Assembly: GCF_006345805.1 (NCBI RefSeq)
Contig: NC_043003.1
Coordinates: 17,484,001-17,548,000, forward strand
DNA length: 64,000 nucleotides
Source: Octopus sinensis
Lineage: Eukaryota
Direction of reading: 5' to 3'
In this document: positions 27,076-42,086 of the stretch, one piece after another
How positions within the stretch are numbered: the first letter of the stretch is position 1
How the letters are laid out: every line of letters begins with the position of its first letter
The notes under the pieces: generated by a model
Databases searched by the model: none
What the model was told of the DNA's origin: nothing
Seen by the model: the letters and a program-made list of their open reading frames with translations, nothing else
Made by a program: the position numbers and the translations under genes

Positions 27076-28390
27076 TGTATGTATGTATGTATGTATGTAT
27101 GTGTGTGTATATATGTATACACTTATGGATATTCTACTCATAGCAATATATTACATATATATACCTGTATAGATACTTGCATACACATATATACTCTTTT
27201 ACTTGTTTCAGTCATTTGACTGTGGCCAAGCTGGAGCACCACCTTTTAGTCGAGCAAATTGACCCCAAGACTTATTCTTTGTAAGCTTAGTAGTTATTCT
27301 ATTAATCTCTTTTGCTGAACCGCTAAGTTGCAGGAATGTAAACACTCCAGCATCAGTTGTCAAGCGATGTTGGGGGGACAAACATAGACACATGAACACA
27401 TACAAACACTCACGGAGTGGTTGGCATTAGGCAGGGCATCCAGCTGTAGAAACATTGCCAGATCAGACTGGAGCCTGATGCAGCCTCCAGGCTTCCCAGA
27501 TCCCGTTTGAACCATCTAACCCATGCTAGCATGGAAAACTGACGGTTAACGATGATGATGATATATATATGCATGTATATATGCTATGTATTGTTTATGC
27601 ATACACATGTGTGTATAACTACATGCATGAACAATGGTATTTCCGTTTAACATAGTCTGAGTGCAAAAAGATTGTCATGTTTACATTCTAAGCGGACATT
27701 ACAACTCTTAGTTCAGCACTTTTGAAGTAATGGAGTATAAATTCCTGTACTTGTTAAACAGGAAACGTTTGGTTATAAGGAAGTGCATCCCATTGTAAGA
27801 ATACTTTGTTAAACAGGAGTAACCTTCCAGAGTGCGTTACTGTCACTCTCTCTCTCTCTTACACAATCTCTGTGTCTCTTTCAAACACATACTCTCTCTC
27901 ACACATTCTCCCCCTCTCTCTCTCTTTCACTCTGTATATTTATATTTATATATGTATATATATATGTATTACAATTATTCATATACCTATATGTATTCAT
28001 ATATATATATGAATATATATGTATATATATATGTATATATATATATATGATATATATGTATATATATATATATGAATATATATGTATATATATATGTATA
28101 TATATATATATGAATATATTTAATATTTCTATTATATGTAATTTTCTAGATAGTGTAATTTAATTTTTCATTTTGAATTGATAAAAGGTGTTTTCTTTTA
28201 ATTTATATATATATTGTGAAATTTGATTTTGTATTACTAAATTGAATTTTTCCCTGTAAGTTTGGAATCATATTTCCTAATATTATTATTATGCATATAC
28301 ATATATATATATCTACATACATATATATGTATATATATGTATACACACACACATGCACACACATATATAGGTGTGTGTGTATGTATATAT

Positions 28391-28433
<43 letters not shown>

Positions 28434-28473
28434 TATATATATATATATACACATACACACACACATATATATG

Positions 28474-28519
<46 letters not shown>

Positions 28520-28734
28520 ACATATATATATATGTATATGTATATATACATATATAATTATTATTATTTGAGGGAATAAAATCCAAACTTACAAGGAAAA
28601 TGAATTCAATTTAGAAATAAAAAAGGTGTTTTTTTCTAATTTATATATATATTGTGAAATTTGATTTTGTATTACTAAATTGAATTTTTCCCTGTAAGTT
28701 TGGAATCATATTCCCTAATATTATCATTATGCAT

Positions 28735-28777
<43 letters not shown>

Positions 28778-28799
28778 AATATATATATACATACATATA

Positions 28800-28839
<40 letters not shown>

Positions 28840-28887
28840 TGTGTATATATATAGAAATGTACACGTATGTATATATATATTTATGTA

Positions 28888-29029
<142 letters not shown>

Positions 29030-29039
29030 TGTTCATATA

Positions 29040-29935
29040 TACATACATATTTATGCATTATGCCAGACTTAGAGGTATTATGTATTATCCCAGACTCCAC
29101 TAAAGGTGACAAGAAGGAAGTAGTGGCTTGGAATCAGTGCAAACAGCATTTGAAGGCTATGCATTTGCCACCCAAGGTGAAGAGATTGCTACAACATACC
29201 CAACAAACAAAAGAGACAATGAAGCCATAGAAACTTCAAGATGCAACCAAAACTGTGGATTATGTCATATTTATATGGAAGGCATCAAATACGTGATTAG
29301 CAGCTGCCCCCAAAATGTCATCCATGTAGAGTCTCCCTATGTGATATGACATCAGAAGGACAGTATACAATGCCATTCAGAAAACGGATTGTTCTGGAAT
29401 AAATGAAGAGAATCCTCCTGCTTTTGAATATATATGCAAACATCAACATAAGGAATACTGGTGGAACATTTTCCTCAAAACACCTGTCGGGTGTAAGCAG
29501 GTGTAAGATTGGATTCTCATGTGTGAGACAGACAAGAAAATGTATGTTCCAACATAGAGGTCAGCTGTTCTGCTGATGTGAACATCTCTTTGCAAATCAA
29601 AGAGAAAGAGAACAACTATGGATAACTGCTTCAAAACCTCCAGCTTCTATATCCAAATTATAAATTCACATTTATACCAATAATAAATGGTGCATGCACA
29701 TGGTTTTGTGAGAAAATCCCTAAATGACAGTTTGAAATAACCTGGGGTTTCCAGAAAAAGAAATTCACACATTACAGATACAATTTGTAAGTGGAACAAT
29801 AAAAATATGCAAGATTTTTCTCAAGTTTGAATGTCACATTAGTTTTGTATCTGCATCCAATGATGGAGCTTTATATCTTTGTTAGAAACCAGCTCCTTTC
29901 TCACAAGAAAACTTCAAATAATTAAAATAATTAAA
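29040..29935 (+). mobile_element. Heavily decayed RLE-type non-LTR retrotransposon 3' part
   Basis: Frameshifted remnants FEGYAFATQGEEIAT, NCGLCHIYMEGIKYVISSCP and EYWWN; A-rich tandem tail. Confidence 0.65.
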
Positions 29936-30421
29936 TACATATCATCATTCTTTCTTTTCTTCGTCATTTTCATTTCCATTTTTTTATGTTTGCATGGGTC
30001 AGCTGGAATTTGTTGAGGCAGATGCCCTTTCTGTTGCCAACCCTTACTTGTTTCAAAGTATTATTTCTCCATGACCAGACATGTTTTTACAAAAGATTGT
30101 GTTGTACCGCTTGCCTGACAATAACACATACACAGACATGCATTCGTGCATACACACACACATACATATATTTACACATATTTATCGATGGATTTCTTGC
30201 AGTATACTACTTCTACTCTTAAGGCTTCAATCAGCCTGGGGCTGTAGTAGAAGACACTTGCCCAGGGTGCCACGCAGTGGGACAGGACACAAAACCATTT
30301 GGTTGGAAAGCAAACTTCTTACCAGACAGTCCTACCTATACTGATATCTATCCATCTATCTGCCTGTCTGTCTGTCTGTCCGCCTGTCTGTCTTTCTGTC
30401 TATCTGTCTGTCTCTCTGTCT

Positions 30422-30464
<43 letters not shown>

Positions 30465-30501
30465 GTCAATCTATCTATCTACCTGTCTGTCTGCTTGTCT
30501 G

Positions 30502-30532
<31 letters not shown>

Positions 30533-30871
30533 CTTTCTACCTGTCTGTCTCTCTCTCCCCCTCCTTACACACACACACACTTATGTATTTCTGTATGCGT
30601 GAGTACATATGTATATATATAGACAGATGGATACTTACACATATAACTGTATGTGTGCATTGTGCGTGTGTGCGTGTGTGTGTGTGTGCATGCATAGATA
30701 CTTACACATATAACTGTATGTGTGCATTGTGTGTGTGTGCGTGCGTGTGTGTGTGCATGCATGGAAATATTGTTAATCAAGTTATAATTCTAATGAATTC
30801 CTATCTAAACCACATGACTTCATTTTTTTCTCTACTTTTCTTTTATTTTATCTACAACACAGTGTATCCCA

Positions 30872-31086
30872 ATGGCGCGAACTGGAATTGAACGCCTTGT
30901 CATAGCCTTTTATTTCTGTCTGTTTGGTCCCACATCATCTCAGGAAAGTATTTGTTCAACAATGCAGTTCCGTCGTTTAGGATCTCAGCTTCAAAATGAA
31001 CACCAGTGTATGATATTAGAGAAACTACAATCTGACGTAATGGATGGCCAAGCAAGGAATGAAAAGAACTTTGCTCTTCTTATTCA
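30872..31086 (+). CDS. Secreted fibrinogen-related (FReD / angiopoietin-like) protein, coding exon 1: signal peptide and start of a helical/coiled-coil-like region
   Basis: Polypyrimidine tract and AG at 30861-62, ATG at 30872. Translation MARTGIERLVIAFYFCLFGPTSSQESIC...LEKLQSDVMDGQARNEKNFALLI has a signal-peptide-like hydrophobic core. Perfect donor GTAAGT at 31087. Ends in phase 2 (CA), completed by the A that starts the next exon (CAA=Q). Confidence 0.8.
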
Positions 31087-31150
31087 GTAAGTCGAATTTA
31101 ATTACTAATCACTGTCGCCGTTGTCGTCGTCGTCTTCACTATCATCATCG

Positions 31151-31191
<41 letters not shown>

Positions 31192-31423
31192 GTCATCATC
31201 ATCATCGTCATCGTCATCATCATCATCATCATCATCATCATCCCCTTCCTCCTCCTCCTCCTCATCATCATCATCCTCATCATTGTCGTCGTCATCATCT
31301 TCATCATTAACATCATCACCATCCTCATCCTCATCATTATCATCATCATCATCCTCATCATCATCCTCGTCAGCATCCTAATCCTCCTCCTCCTCCTCAT
31401 CATCATCATCATCATCCTCATCC

Positions 31424-31458
<35 letters not shown>

Positions 31459-32189
31459 TGCATCTGCATCATCATCATCGTCATCATCTGCATCATCACC
31501 ATCACCATCATTCAATGTCCATCTTCCATGCTGGCATGGGTTAGATGGCTTGACACGAGCTGGCACCAAGCTATACTGTCTAATTTGGCATGGTTTTTCA
31601 CTGCTGGATGTCCTTTCTGATGCCAACCATTCTACAGTGTTTACTGGGTGCTTTTTATGTGGCATCAGCACCAACAAGGGCTGTTTGATAATAGTTTTTA
31701 TGGCTGGATGCTCTTCCTAACACCAACCACTTTACTGAGTGAACTTGGCACTTATTACATGAAACCAGCATAGGAAAGGTCTGCTTTGACATGGTTTTTA
31801 AAGCTGGAGGCCTTTCCAAATGCTAACCACTTTACAGAATGGACTGGATGCTTTTTTTACATGGCAGCAGCACCAGTCAGGTTACCATATTTTTCACTGT
31901 TCTTATTACCATGCACAAGACTTGTGAGAACTTGACAGAGACATCAGAGTAATTGATAAAATGCTTTGCAGTATTTTCTCCCAGTTCTTTGATCTTTGAG
32001 TCCAAATCTTGCAGAGGTCAGCTGTGCCTTTCACCCTTTCAAGATCATGACTGTGTGGTTAAAATCCTCACTTTGCAACCCCATGATTTTGGGTTCAGTT
32101 TTGGGTTCACTTGTGCAAATGACTTTTATCATAACCTCTAGCTAACCAATGCCTTATAAGTGAATTTGGTAGGCAGAAACTGTATGGAA

Positions 32190-32422
32190 GGTGGTGAGCT
32201 GGAAGAATCGTTAGCACGTCAGGCAAAATGCTTAGCGGTATTTCGTCTGCCGTTACATTCTGAGTTCAAATTCCGCCGAGGTCGACTTTGCCTTTCATCT
32301 TTTCAGGGTCGATAAACTAAGTACCAGTTACGCATTGGGGTCGATGTAATTGACTTAATCCCTTTGTCTGTCCTTGTCTGTCGCCTCTGTGTTTAGCCCC
32401 TTGTGGGCAATAAAGAAATAAG
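32190..32422 (+). mobile_element. tRNA-derived SINE family 2 (central GCCTTTCATCCTTTCGGGGTCGATAAA..GTACCAG domain, Meta-domain-like)
   Basis: GGTGAGCTGG...GAGTTCAAATTCC head and AATAAAGAAATAAG tail. Other copies at about 20412-21105 (three in tandem), 34122-34353(-), 40476-40696, 52530-52945 and 61156-61383. Confidence 0.85.
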
Positions 32423-33048
32423 AAACTGTATGGAAGCCTTTGTATGGGATGAAGTAATGAAAAGTTACCTCTAGATATTGAGCCTCATTGAGGAGGTAAC
32501 ATAAGATCGACACGATTGTCAATTAGCTGCACTTGAGAAAAATTGTCCATTTAAGTAAAAATGGGCCCTACATGCATACCACCTATGTCTATGCTCTTAC
32601 ACCCAATCAGTCCCTGATGAGTCTCCCCCCGCCTCTACAACCCCTTTTCTTGACACCATCCTTCCTCCAACTCCTCTTTCTGATACTCGCCTCTCCATCA
32701 TCCTTCCGATTACAGAACTACTCAATCAGCAGCTGAAAATATGGCAATGGAACTGAACATATTTCATCCCCTATGCCTATCCCTCACCCTTTTCTTTTCT
32801 CATGCACTCTCAGTATCATCCTTTACCTCCTTATGTTCTGGCTGTTAAACGATGATGATGATGATGATACTGCTTTTGCTTCAATTAATTTTGGACATAA
32901 TGAAGAATTTTCTCATTATCAAGCTGGTATTTTGAACATAAACTAACAAAAAATTTTGATCGTAAACTTTAATTTAGGTCACTTTAAAAAATAAAAGCTT
33001 TCATCATAAAACCAAGGAAAATATGCCAATTAGTATCAAAAGTATTAA

Positions 33049-33893
33049 CTCTTTTTTTTTTCCATATTTCTATTGAAATACACTTATCTCTGTTTTAATT
33101 AATTTGCATATACAGTAATGCCTCACCATATCGCAGTTCAATGAATGCGTTTATTATTTAAGCTTACATCAATTCCTCTGTGCATTTATAATAAAATAAA
33201 TATATACAAATTATAAAAATACTTTTAAAAAATGTGCAGGAGTGGCTGTGTGGTAAGTAGCTTGCTTACCAACCACATGGTTCCGGGTTCAGTCCCATTG
33301 TGTGGCACCTTAGGCAAGTGTCTTCTACTATAACCTCAGGCCAACCAAAGCCATGTGAGTGGATTTGGTAGACAGAAACTGAAATGAAGCCTGTTGTATA
33401 TATATGTATGTGTGTATATGTTCATGTGCTTGTATTTGTTCCCACCCACCCAACATCACTTAACAACTGATGCTGGTGTGTTTATGTCACTGTAACTTAG
33501 TGGTTTGGCAAAATAGACCAACAGAATAAGTACTAGGCTTACAAAGAATAAGTCCTGGGGTCGATTTGCTCAACAGTAAAGGCGGTGCTCCAGCATGGTC
33601 ACAGTCAAATGACTGAAACAAATAAAAAGAAAAAGAAAAAGTACAGTACTGTTTCTACATCACTGATTTTCACCTACTGCTGGGTGGGGGGGAGGCTTTT
33701 GGAAGGTAACACCCACGACAGTCAAGGGATTACTATAAGGAACAATTTAGTAAAAGATTTTCTTAAGCTGGTGTTAGGAACATAAGTTAACGTGAAATTT
33801 GGATGGGAAGTTTTTATTTAGATCATTTTAAAATATGTTGTGTGTGTGTCACATAATCAAGGAATGATCTCAGGTTATTTGGTATCAAAAGGG
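33049..33893. mobile_element. Nested TEs: TTAA-flanked piggyBac-type MITE > pogo-like MITE (33113-33735) > tRNA-SINE (33235-33640)
   Basis: TTAA|CTCTTTT...GGTATCAAAAGGG|TTAA. Inner TA|CAGTAATGCCTC...AGGGATTACTA|TA. The SINE is recognisable from other copies in the window. Confidence 0.65.
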
Positions 33894-34687
33894 TTAAATG
33901 ATATAAAAACATTAAAAATGATGAGTAGTCAGTGATTTAAGAGGACAAAAAGGCCTTGAAACAGGAGAAACAAATCTCAAAAACAATTTCCATTTTTATG
34001 TCTTCTAACTAGGTCTGGTAAGTTCCAGAATATCAGATGATCTCTCTGTTGAAAATTATGTAGCTGTAATTCCAAAATTCTCTTCAATGTTAAATAAATG
34101 CTTGAAGATTTGAACAATATCTTATTTCTTTATTGCCCACAAAGGGCTAAACATAGAGGAGACAAACAAGGACAGACAAAGGGATTAAGTCGATTACATT
34201 GACCCCAGTGTGTAACTGGTACTTAATTTATTGACCCCGAAAGGATGAAAGGCAAAGTCGACCTCGGCAGAATTTGAACTCAGAACGTAGTGGCAGACAA
34301 AATACCGCTAAGCATTTTGCCCGGAGTGCTAACGCTTCTGCCAGCTCACCACCTTAAACAATATCTGAACAATATCTATGCATGTAGTTCCTTATGTAAT
34401 CGTTTTCTGTTTGCTTTTTATTATTACACATATTTTAGGCGTGGGTGCATGGCCTAGTGGTTAATGTGTTGCACTCACAATCTTGAGATTGCGGTTTCAA
34501 TTCCTAGACCAGTTGGTGCATTGTGTTCTTGAGCAAAACATGTCATCACACATTGCTTTATGATCACTTTAACACCTGACATATCGTACATCATACACCT
34601 ATTCAGACAACATCGATTTGATGGAGTGAGTGAGCTTACATAAAACACAAATATTTCTTCACTATAAACAAAATATTTCTGCAGGTT

Positions 34688-35334
<647 letters not shown>

Positions 35335-35509
35335 TATTTCTGCAGGTTGTCCAGCAAGAAATTGTAGAACCGTCTTTCTTGGACTTCAAGAGACTATCAT
35401 TATTATACCATGTTTTATATATTTTCAGTTTGGCATAAACTCATATTTAACATGGTTTACTACATATTGTCCATTATCTGTAATTTAACATTTATTTCAT
35501 TTTTTCCAG

Positions 35510-35628
35510 AAATATGAACATTCTTGAAGCACGTGTAAATAAGTACAATTTTTATAACCGGAGAGGAACATCGAAAACAACATACGCTAAGGACTTTCCA
35601 GCTTTAAAAGGAATTCCCATGGCCAGAG
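35510..35628 (+). CDS. FReD protein, coding exon 2 (linker)
   Basis: Acceptor ttttttccAG at 35508-09. Open frame NMNILEARVNKYNFYNRRGTSKTTYAKDFPALKGIPMAR, donor GT at 35629. Ends in phase 1 (G), which joins AT of the next exon to give the typical R-D-C start of a fibrinogen C-terminal domain. Confidence 0.85.
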
Positions 35629-35737
35629 GTAAAATTTTACACATGTGAGAGTGTCATATGCACACACACATACATACTTACATACATACATACATACATA
35701 CAGATATACATACACATATATATATATCTACATGATA

Positions 35738-35783
<46 letters not shown>

Positions 35784-35984
35784 ATATATATATATATACA
35801 TGTATATACATACATATATGTATATATGTATGAATATAATGAATATATATATGTGTGTGTGTGTGTGTGCATGTATATATATATATTATATATATATATA
35901 TACATACATATATACATACATGCATACATACATACATATATACATACATACATACAGATATACATACACATATATATATCTACA

Positions 35985-36028
<44 letters not shown>

Positions 36029-36114
36029 AACATATATATATATATATATGTATATACATACATATATGTATATATGTATGAATATAATGAATATATATAT
36101 GTGTGTGTGTGTGC

Positions 36115-36151
<37 letters not shown>

Positions 36152-39100
36152 CATATATACATACATGCATACATACATACATACATACATACATACACAC
36201 ATACATATATATATATAGAAATATATATATATACATACATACATATAAACATAAATATGTTTGCTTTTATGTACCATATGTCTGTATGAGAGGTCCTCTC
36301 AAGGTAAATAATGCAGCATCCTGCACCTGAACAATATATCTACATTAAGTTGGATGTAAAGCTTGCTTTTGACATTAATAATGCTTCTGTCACGAATAAT
36401 TAAATTAAATATATGTATGTATGTATGTATGTGTCTGTATGTAAATGTGCACATGCACACACACACACGCACACACACACAAACACACACACATACACAT
36501 GCATACACTGATATTTCTGAGTCACTTACTCCTACTCTGTTATAACTTTCATTGTTTCTAATCCCTTTTCTTGATAAATTCCTGCTTTATTCAGAGTGAT
36601 CTCACACCTGCTACTTTTTAAAAAAATGTTTTCAGTTCATGTATTATTCTAGCCTTATACTACTTCTCTCTGAAAAATTTCCTGAATATTTGTTGAGAAA
36701 CGGTGAAGTTGTGTCAAGACAAACGAAGAATTATTGATGCATCTATATATAAAAATTTAAACAATCACACACCATCATACACACTACACACTACACACAT
36801 ACACACACACACCACACATGACACACACACACACACACACACAACACACACACACACCACACATCACACACACACACACACACACACGACGCACACACCA
36901 CACATGACACACACACACACACACCACACACGCACACGCATGACACACACACACACACACACACATCCATAGCTACAATACCAAAATGTCATTAAATATA
37001 CAAATGACATACGAATATACTTGTGAACTATTGCTATTTAATATGACATATAAACATACATCAATATACATCTATGTGTATATTTATATATCTCCATTGC
37101 TGCTTGCTTCTTGTGTTCTTTACTTTCCTCTTGTGTTCTCCCTCTCTCACCAAGTGTCTCTTCCCTACTACTTCCTGTCTAAATGTTGTTTTCCTCATTT
37201 GTTACACCTAGTTTCTCAAACACAGACGATATAAAACTCTGCCATCTTTCCTTTTATTCCCTTCAGTCAACTTTGATATAAAGACAGACTTTGTCCAGAA
37301 CATTGGAGAACTCCACTTTACACAGAAATTTCCCTGTATCTTTATGTCACTATTCCAAACAATACAAATTTTGCAGATGTTGACCAGAAGTCTCTGGATT
37401 CTGTTTTAACAAAACACGCATATACATTTCGATGTAACATTTCCATTTAAGTGCACATGCGTGCATGCACACACACAGACACACATGTAAATAAGTCCGT
37501 CTACATATGTTGTATAAAATATAATAATGATAATACACTGCACATACACACATAGGCAAAAATATATTTATCCATCAATATATACATGTGTGCATACTAC
37601 ATGATATATTATTTTCATAAAACACGAACATAGGCATAGGAGTGGCTGTGTGGTAAGTAGCTTGCTTACCAACCACATGGTTCCAGGTTCAGTCCCACTG
37701 CATGGCACCTTGGGTAAATGTCTTCTACTATAGCCTAGGGCCGACCAAAGCCTTGTGAGTGGATTTGGTAGACGAAAACTGAAAGAAGCCCGTCGTATAT
37801 ATGTGTGTGTATGTGTTTGTATGTGTTCGTGCATCTGTGTTTGTACCTCCAACATCGCTTGACAACTGATGCTGGTGTGTTTACATCCCTGTAACTTAGT
37901 GGTTCAGCATAAGTATTAGGCTCACAAAGAATAAGTTCTGGGGTTGATTTGCTCGACTAAAGGCGGTGCTCCAGCATGGTCACAGTCAAGTGACTGAAAC
38001 AAGTAAAAGAGTAATATATGATTCTTTACATTTGTATGTATTGGCATACAAACATAGAACAGCTAAGTTCTATGCGTATAAGTTTATACAAAGATATACA
38101 TAGTAATATTCATTTCACAAATCAATAGCTATGTTTCGTAAAATTAAATTGTATTGATGTACAGAAACATTCGGTAAAAATTAAAAAATCAAATACAGTG
38201 ATAAGTTTATAATCTTAGATAGAAATATAAAAATACATAAATAGCATTATTCAGAAATATTACTAAAGAAAGAGTGATAGGATGTTGATAACAAAAACAA
38301 CAGCAAATCAGTCTATCTATTCAACTGATTTATAGTTTATATATTCTAGTTCAGGAATGCTTTAATGATTTTAAGATTCCAACTATAATAAGCCAACTAT
38401 GTTTATTCAAGAAAGGAGCCTTGGCGAAATGAATTTTCTGTACTCATACAATGGCTCCTTTTTATACCGAAAGAAGTGCTATTTTCTACCAGTCTTTAAA
38501 TAAATGTTAATAAGGTGGTTGAATTACTTATTTTAGGATTTCGGAAAATATGAGTATGGAAATGAAATATTGTTTTAAAACTACTTGTAGTAACCCCAAC
38601 AAAAACTTTTAGTATTTGGTATAGCAACTACACATTTGTACACTGATTTTGACTAAACAGAATCTAAAGTCCATCCCCTTTTAGGACTAATATAATTACA
38701 GTTAATCATAATTACAATATGATTATTCCTAGAATTTAATATTGTCATATTAGATGAAGTTATATTATGGACTAAATTAGATGTGATGGGATAAGATAAT
38801 TTTATGGCATTTTTCATAAAAATCCAGTAGAATATCTGGTAGAGAGAAAATTTTTTCCTAAGAATTGAAAATATTTTTGTCAGGAGATGCTACTTAAAAC
38901 TGAAAAGAGATTGTATCAACAAATCTGTACACACACACACACATGCACACATACACACATACACACACGTACATATATACACTCTCCCCATATATATGCC
39001 AGTGTATGTGTGTGTTTGTGTATATATGTATATCTAGATATACTTATATGTATGTATCAGTAAGTGTTTATATATGAGCATGCATGTATGCTTGTGTATG

Positions 39101-39564
39101 CCACTGTCTTGACATCACATGATGGTTGGAAATAATTATCACAGTTGATATTTGTTGATTGTTTCCAGTCTTCCATAAAAACATGTCTGGTCATTGGGAA
39201 ATATTCCCTTGCTTAGAAACAGGTTCAGGATTGGCTATAGGAAGGGCACCCAACCATAGTAAATCTGCCTCAGCAAATTCCATCCGACCCATGCAAGCAT
39301 GAAAATGTGCGTGTTACAACAACGATGACAATAATGATGATGATGATGATGATGATGATGACAATGATGATGATGACAATGACGACGATAATGATGCCAA
39401 AAGATAAATAATTTGGACAATTAAGTTCATTCTTCAGATTAATGATCCTTTCAAATTATTTCTCTTACCTCTTTCTATTTTTAATTATGCAAATTCTTGT
39501 TTGCCAAAAACATAATTTTGCTTTATATGTAAAAATTTATTAACTGATCAGCATGACTGGTGTG

Positions 39565-40067
39565 TTCTGTTGTGTCTGGGGAGAGTCATTTTCTTTTTGT
39601 GCCTTATAATTTAACACACTCACCGGTAAAATTTCCCCTTATTTCTTATTTTTATGTTCCTAAAATTTCCACTTATTTCTTATTTTTATTTTCCTAAAAT
39701 TTCCACTTATTTCTTATTTTTATGTTCCTAAAATTTCCACTTATTTCTTATTTTTATGTTCCTAAAATTTCCATTTATTTCTCATTTTTATTTTCCTAAA
39801 ATTTACACCTATTTCTTATTTTTATTTTCCTAAAATTTTCCTAAAATTTTCGTTGCGTCTTGCAACCTTTTCAATAGTCAAGACTATTGAAAAAGTTGCA
39901 AGACACAATGAAAATTTTAGGAAAATAAAAATTAGTGGAAATTTTACCGGTGAGTGTGTTACATTATAAAGCACAAAAAGAAAATGACTCTCCCCAGACA
40001 CAACCGAATATGCTTCAACACACGAACTCACATAAAGAATCTTGCAAACCAAATCTAAAAATCAAAT
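39565..40067. mobile_element. Inverted-dimer repeat with internal ~32-bp tandem array and probable 12-bp TSD
   Basis: Centre TCAATAGTC-AA-GACTATTGA at about 39880. Flanks ATGACTGGTGTG (39553-64) and ATGACTAGTATG (40068-79). Tandem units CCTAAAATTTCCACTTATTTCTTATTTTTAT.. at about 39630-39840. Confidence 0.75.
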
Positions 40068-41340
40068 ATGACTAGTATGGGTCTTCAAAAATGTAAATTT
40101 GAAGGTTTCTAGAAATTATCTCCCTTTCTCTTTGAAAGTCCCTAATTGCAGATTGCATTTTTCTTTTTTTATTTTCTGTCTCCAGCTCAGAGGGAATGTC
40201 AGTAAATTAGGAATTTATTGTGAACAACACTCAGGACTTTAACTAGTATGTATGCATGTGTGCATGTTATGTGTGCACACGTGTGTGTATGTATGTGTGC
40301 ATGTATGCATCCATGCATATGTGTGTATGTATGTTTGTACGTGTATATGTATAAATATATTTGTATACACACATAAATTCACTCATACACATACACTCAC
40401 ATGTGCGTGTACACACACACACACACATATATATACATATATATACACATGCATCCATAGATACTTATATAAACATGCAGAAACATTAGTGTGCCATGCA
40501 AAATGCTTGGCGGTATTTCATCTGCCATTATGTTCTGGGTTCAAATTCCACCGAGGTCGACTTTGCCTTTCATCTTTTCGGGGTCGATAAATTAAGTACC
40601 AGTTACGCACTGGGGTCGATGTAATCGACTTAATCCCTCTGTCTGTCCTCGTTTGTCCCCTCTATGTTTAGCCCCTTGGGGGCAATAAGGAAATAATAAA
40701 TAATGTATTGACAGAGCTTACAGCAATTGGCTCACAAATACCCTGCTTTTTCACTCGTCCTCTTTTACCAACACCACAAAACACTCCTATAAATTACCTA
40801 GCTGTATACCAGTTCCAATCCTGATTACATGATGCAACAACCTCTCCTCTTCTGCTGTGAATAATTCACTAAATCCCACACTAAACACTTTGCTTGATCA
40901 TTCTTCTTGATCCATGTTTTTCTTACCAGCACTAACCAACATGACTTAATTTTAAACATCAACCGCATTCTTCTCATGAATTTAAGAATACTTTATAAAT
41001 AATGTAAAAAGCCCATATTACTCTTCACTATTCCAGCATTTAACAATCTACAGAAAAATTTGTGATCACTGCTGTCTCTCTTCAAACACTTTCATGATTT
41101 ATCATCATCATCATCATTGTTTAACGTCCGCTTTCCATGCTAGCATGGGTTGGGCAATTTGACTGAGGACTGGCAAACCAGATGGCTGCACCAGACTCCA
41201 ATCTGATCTGGCAGAGTTTCTACAGCTGGATGCCCTTTCTAACACCAACCACTCCGATTTAATTGATATAAATTCTTATTTATACATTTTGTTATTAGAA
41301 ATATGAATTTGATTTGTATGTCTTTTTTCTTTCTTTCTAG

Positions 41341-42086
41341 ATTGTTATGAACTGTATCGAAATGGTATTCGAATATCCGGAGTTTACCCAATTAAAATAC
41401 CAAAAGGGCCAGTTCAGAATGTTTGGTGTGAGCTGGAAGCAGAAAACAGCGGATGGACTGTCATCCAAAGAAGACGTGATGGTTCAGAAAACTTCACAAG
41501 AAAATGGAATGATTATGCATTTGGTTTCGGTAATGTTAACGGGGAATATTATTTCGGTAATGAAAATATCCATAAAATGACTAGGAACGGTAATTATACA
41601 TTACGAATAGAACTTAGTGACTGGGAGAATGACACTGCTTATGCACAATATACATCATTTTATATAGACAGTGAGAAAGATGAGTACAAGTTACATGTTA
41701 GTGGTTATAACGGCACAGCTGGTGATGCTTTAAATAAATACCATAACGGTATGTTGTTTAGTACAATAGACAAGGACAATGATGAGTGGGCGGAGCACTG
41801 TGCTTTAAAAGACCGATCAGGTTGGTGGTTCCGAGCATGTGGGTTTAGCTCTTTGAATGGCTTATATACTGTAGGTGGTAAAATTGATGCAATACCAAAT
41901 GGGCTGATCCGGGGGATTATTTGGTACAACTGGAAGAATGATTTTGGTTATTCGCTGAAAATGTCAACTATGAAAATAAAACCTTATGCTGGTGTACTTC
42001 TGGACAGCGAGAGGGCGAGAAAAGAAGTAAAGGAAGAAATAAGGAAAAAAAATTCCACAAACGAACTTGGAATGTTGACAGGTTAA
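41341..42086 (+). CDS. FReD protein, coding exon 3: complete fibrinogen C-terminal (FBG) domain plus basic tail
   Basis: Strong acceptor tcttttttctttctttctAG ending at 41340. Translation (D)CYELYRNGIRISGVYPI...VWCELEAENSGWTVIQRRRDGSENFTRKWNDYAFGFG...LRIELSDWEN...YKLHVSGYNGTAGDAL...HNGMLFSTIDKDND...CALKDRSGWWFRACGFSSLNGLY...GIIWYNWK...YSLKMSTMKIKP contains the canonical FBG motifs. Stop TAA at 42084-86. The three exons total 1080 nt, i.e. 359 aa plus stop. Confidence 0.96.

Noticed and set aside
32611-32630. CTGATGAG box (also CTGATGA at about 13367)
   Set aside because: No downstream stem II plus GAAA, so not a hammerhead.
36660-36710. CTGAAAA...GAGAAACGGTGAAG hammerhead-like remnant
   Set aside because: The core is mutated and stem II cannot be paired convincingly.
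37267-37408. Possible alternative phase-compatible terminal exon of the FReD gene after a polypyrimidine-AG
   Set aside because: Short frame with no homology signal; such acceptors are common by chance in this composition.
41347-41580. ORF-track 77-aa protein MNCIEMVFEY...
   Set aside because: Out-of-frame overlap with the real FBG exon, which starts by splicing at 41341.
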